Shown: in pieces, positions 63,701-64,000 of the stretch | How the letters are laid out: every line of letters begins with the position of its first letter | Position numbering within the stretch: the first letter of the stretch is position 1 | Assembly: GCF_009914755.1 (NCBI RefSeq) | Contig: NC_060937.1 | Source: the human T2T-CHM13v2.0 reference genome, Homo sapiens | Reading direction: 5' to 3' (one strand) | DNA length: 64,000 nucleotides | The notes under the pieces: generated by a model | The model's database searches: none | What the model was told of the DNA's origin: nothing | What the model saw: the letters and a program-made list of their open reading frames with translations, nothing else | Position numbers and translations under genes: made by a program

Positions 63701-64000
63701 GTGAGGAGAATGAATTGCAAGGAGGTAAGACACACTTTAGCCAGGTAAGAGATGGTCGTGGCTTTGGCTAGGGTGGAGGCAGAGGAAAGGGAGAAGAGTA
63801 GATGGATTCAGAATACAGTTTGAAGAGTCAGCAGGACTTGCTAACCTCTTCAGCATTTGAGTGTGAGGATGAGGGAGAAGGAGCCCTCAGGGACGATGTC
63901 TGGAATGAACACAGAGCTGCCCCGGTTAAAGATGCTCAGGGATTATAATGCAGGGCCCCTGCAGAGACTGCGAAGGCCTCTTTACCCCTTTCCCTGCATC

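Noticed and set aside
63239-63748. 169-aa plus-strand ORF
   Set aside because: No recognisable domain or exon structure. The 3' half looks like decayed old repeat sequence, so it is unsupported as a CDS.

Overview
Human genomic DNA (it carries an AluYb8-type insertion, a human-specific subfamily). The gene remnants fit, from recall and not from a search, chr13q12.11 around MIPEPP3/GRK6P1. There is no intact protein-coding gene. The window is a repeat-rich mosaic of duplicated or retroposed fragments: a dead MRPS31 exon (2.0 kb); a decayed animal-type polyketide synthase AT-linker-DH segment (19.5-20.5 kb), with a second 185-bp copy pasted inside an L1; a POTE/ANKRD26-family exon 1 (20.7-20.9 kb, minus strand); a 20-bp VNTR; an LTR8; four ancient dimeric alpha-satellite monomers (24.6-25.3 kb); MIPEP exons 1-3 with their CpG island (31-39.5 kb); an old ERVL internal region; and a full-length processed GRK6 pseudogene (GRK6B splice form) inserted in an L1 and itself hit by AluYb8. 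The most unexpected signal is the vertebrate PKS fossil. Repeat subfamily calls were made by eye and boundaries are approximate.
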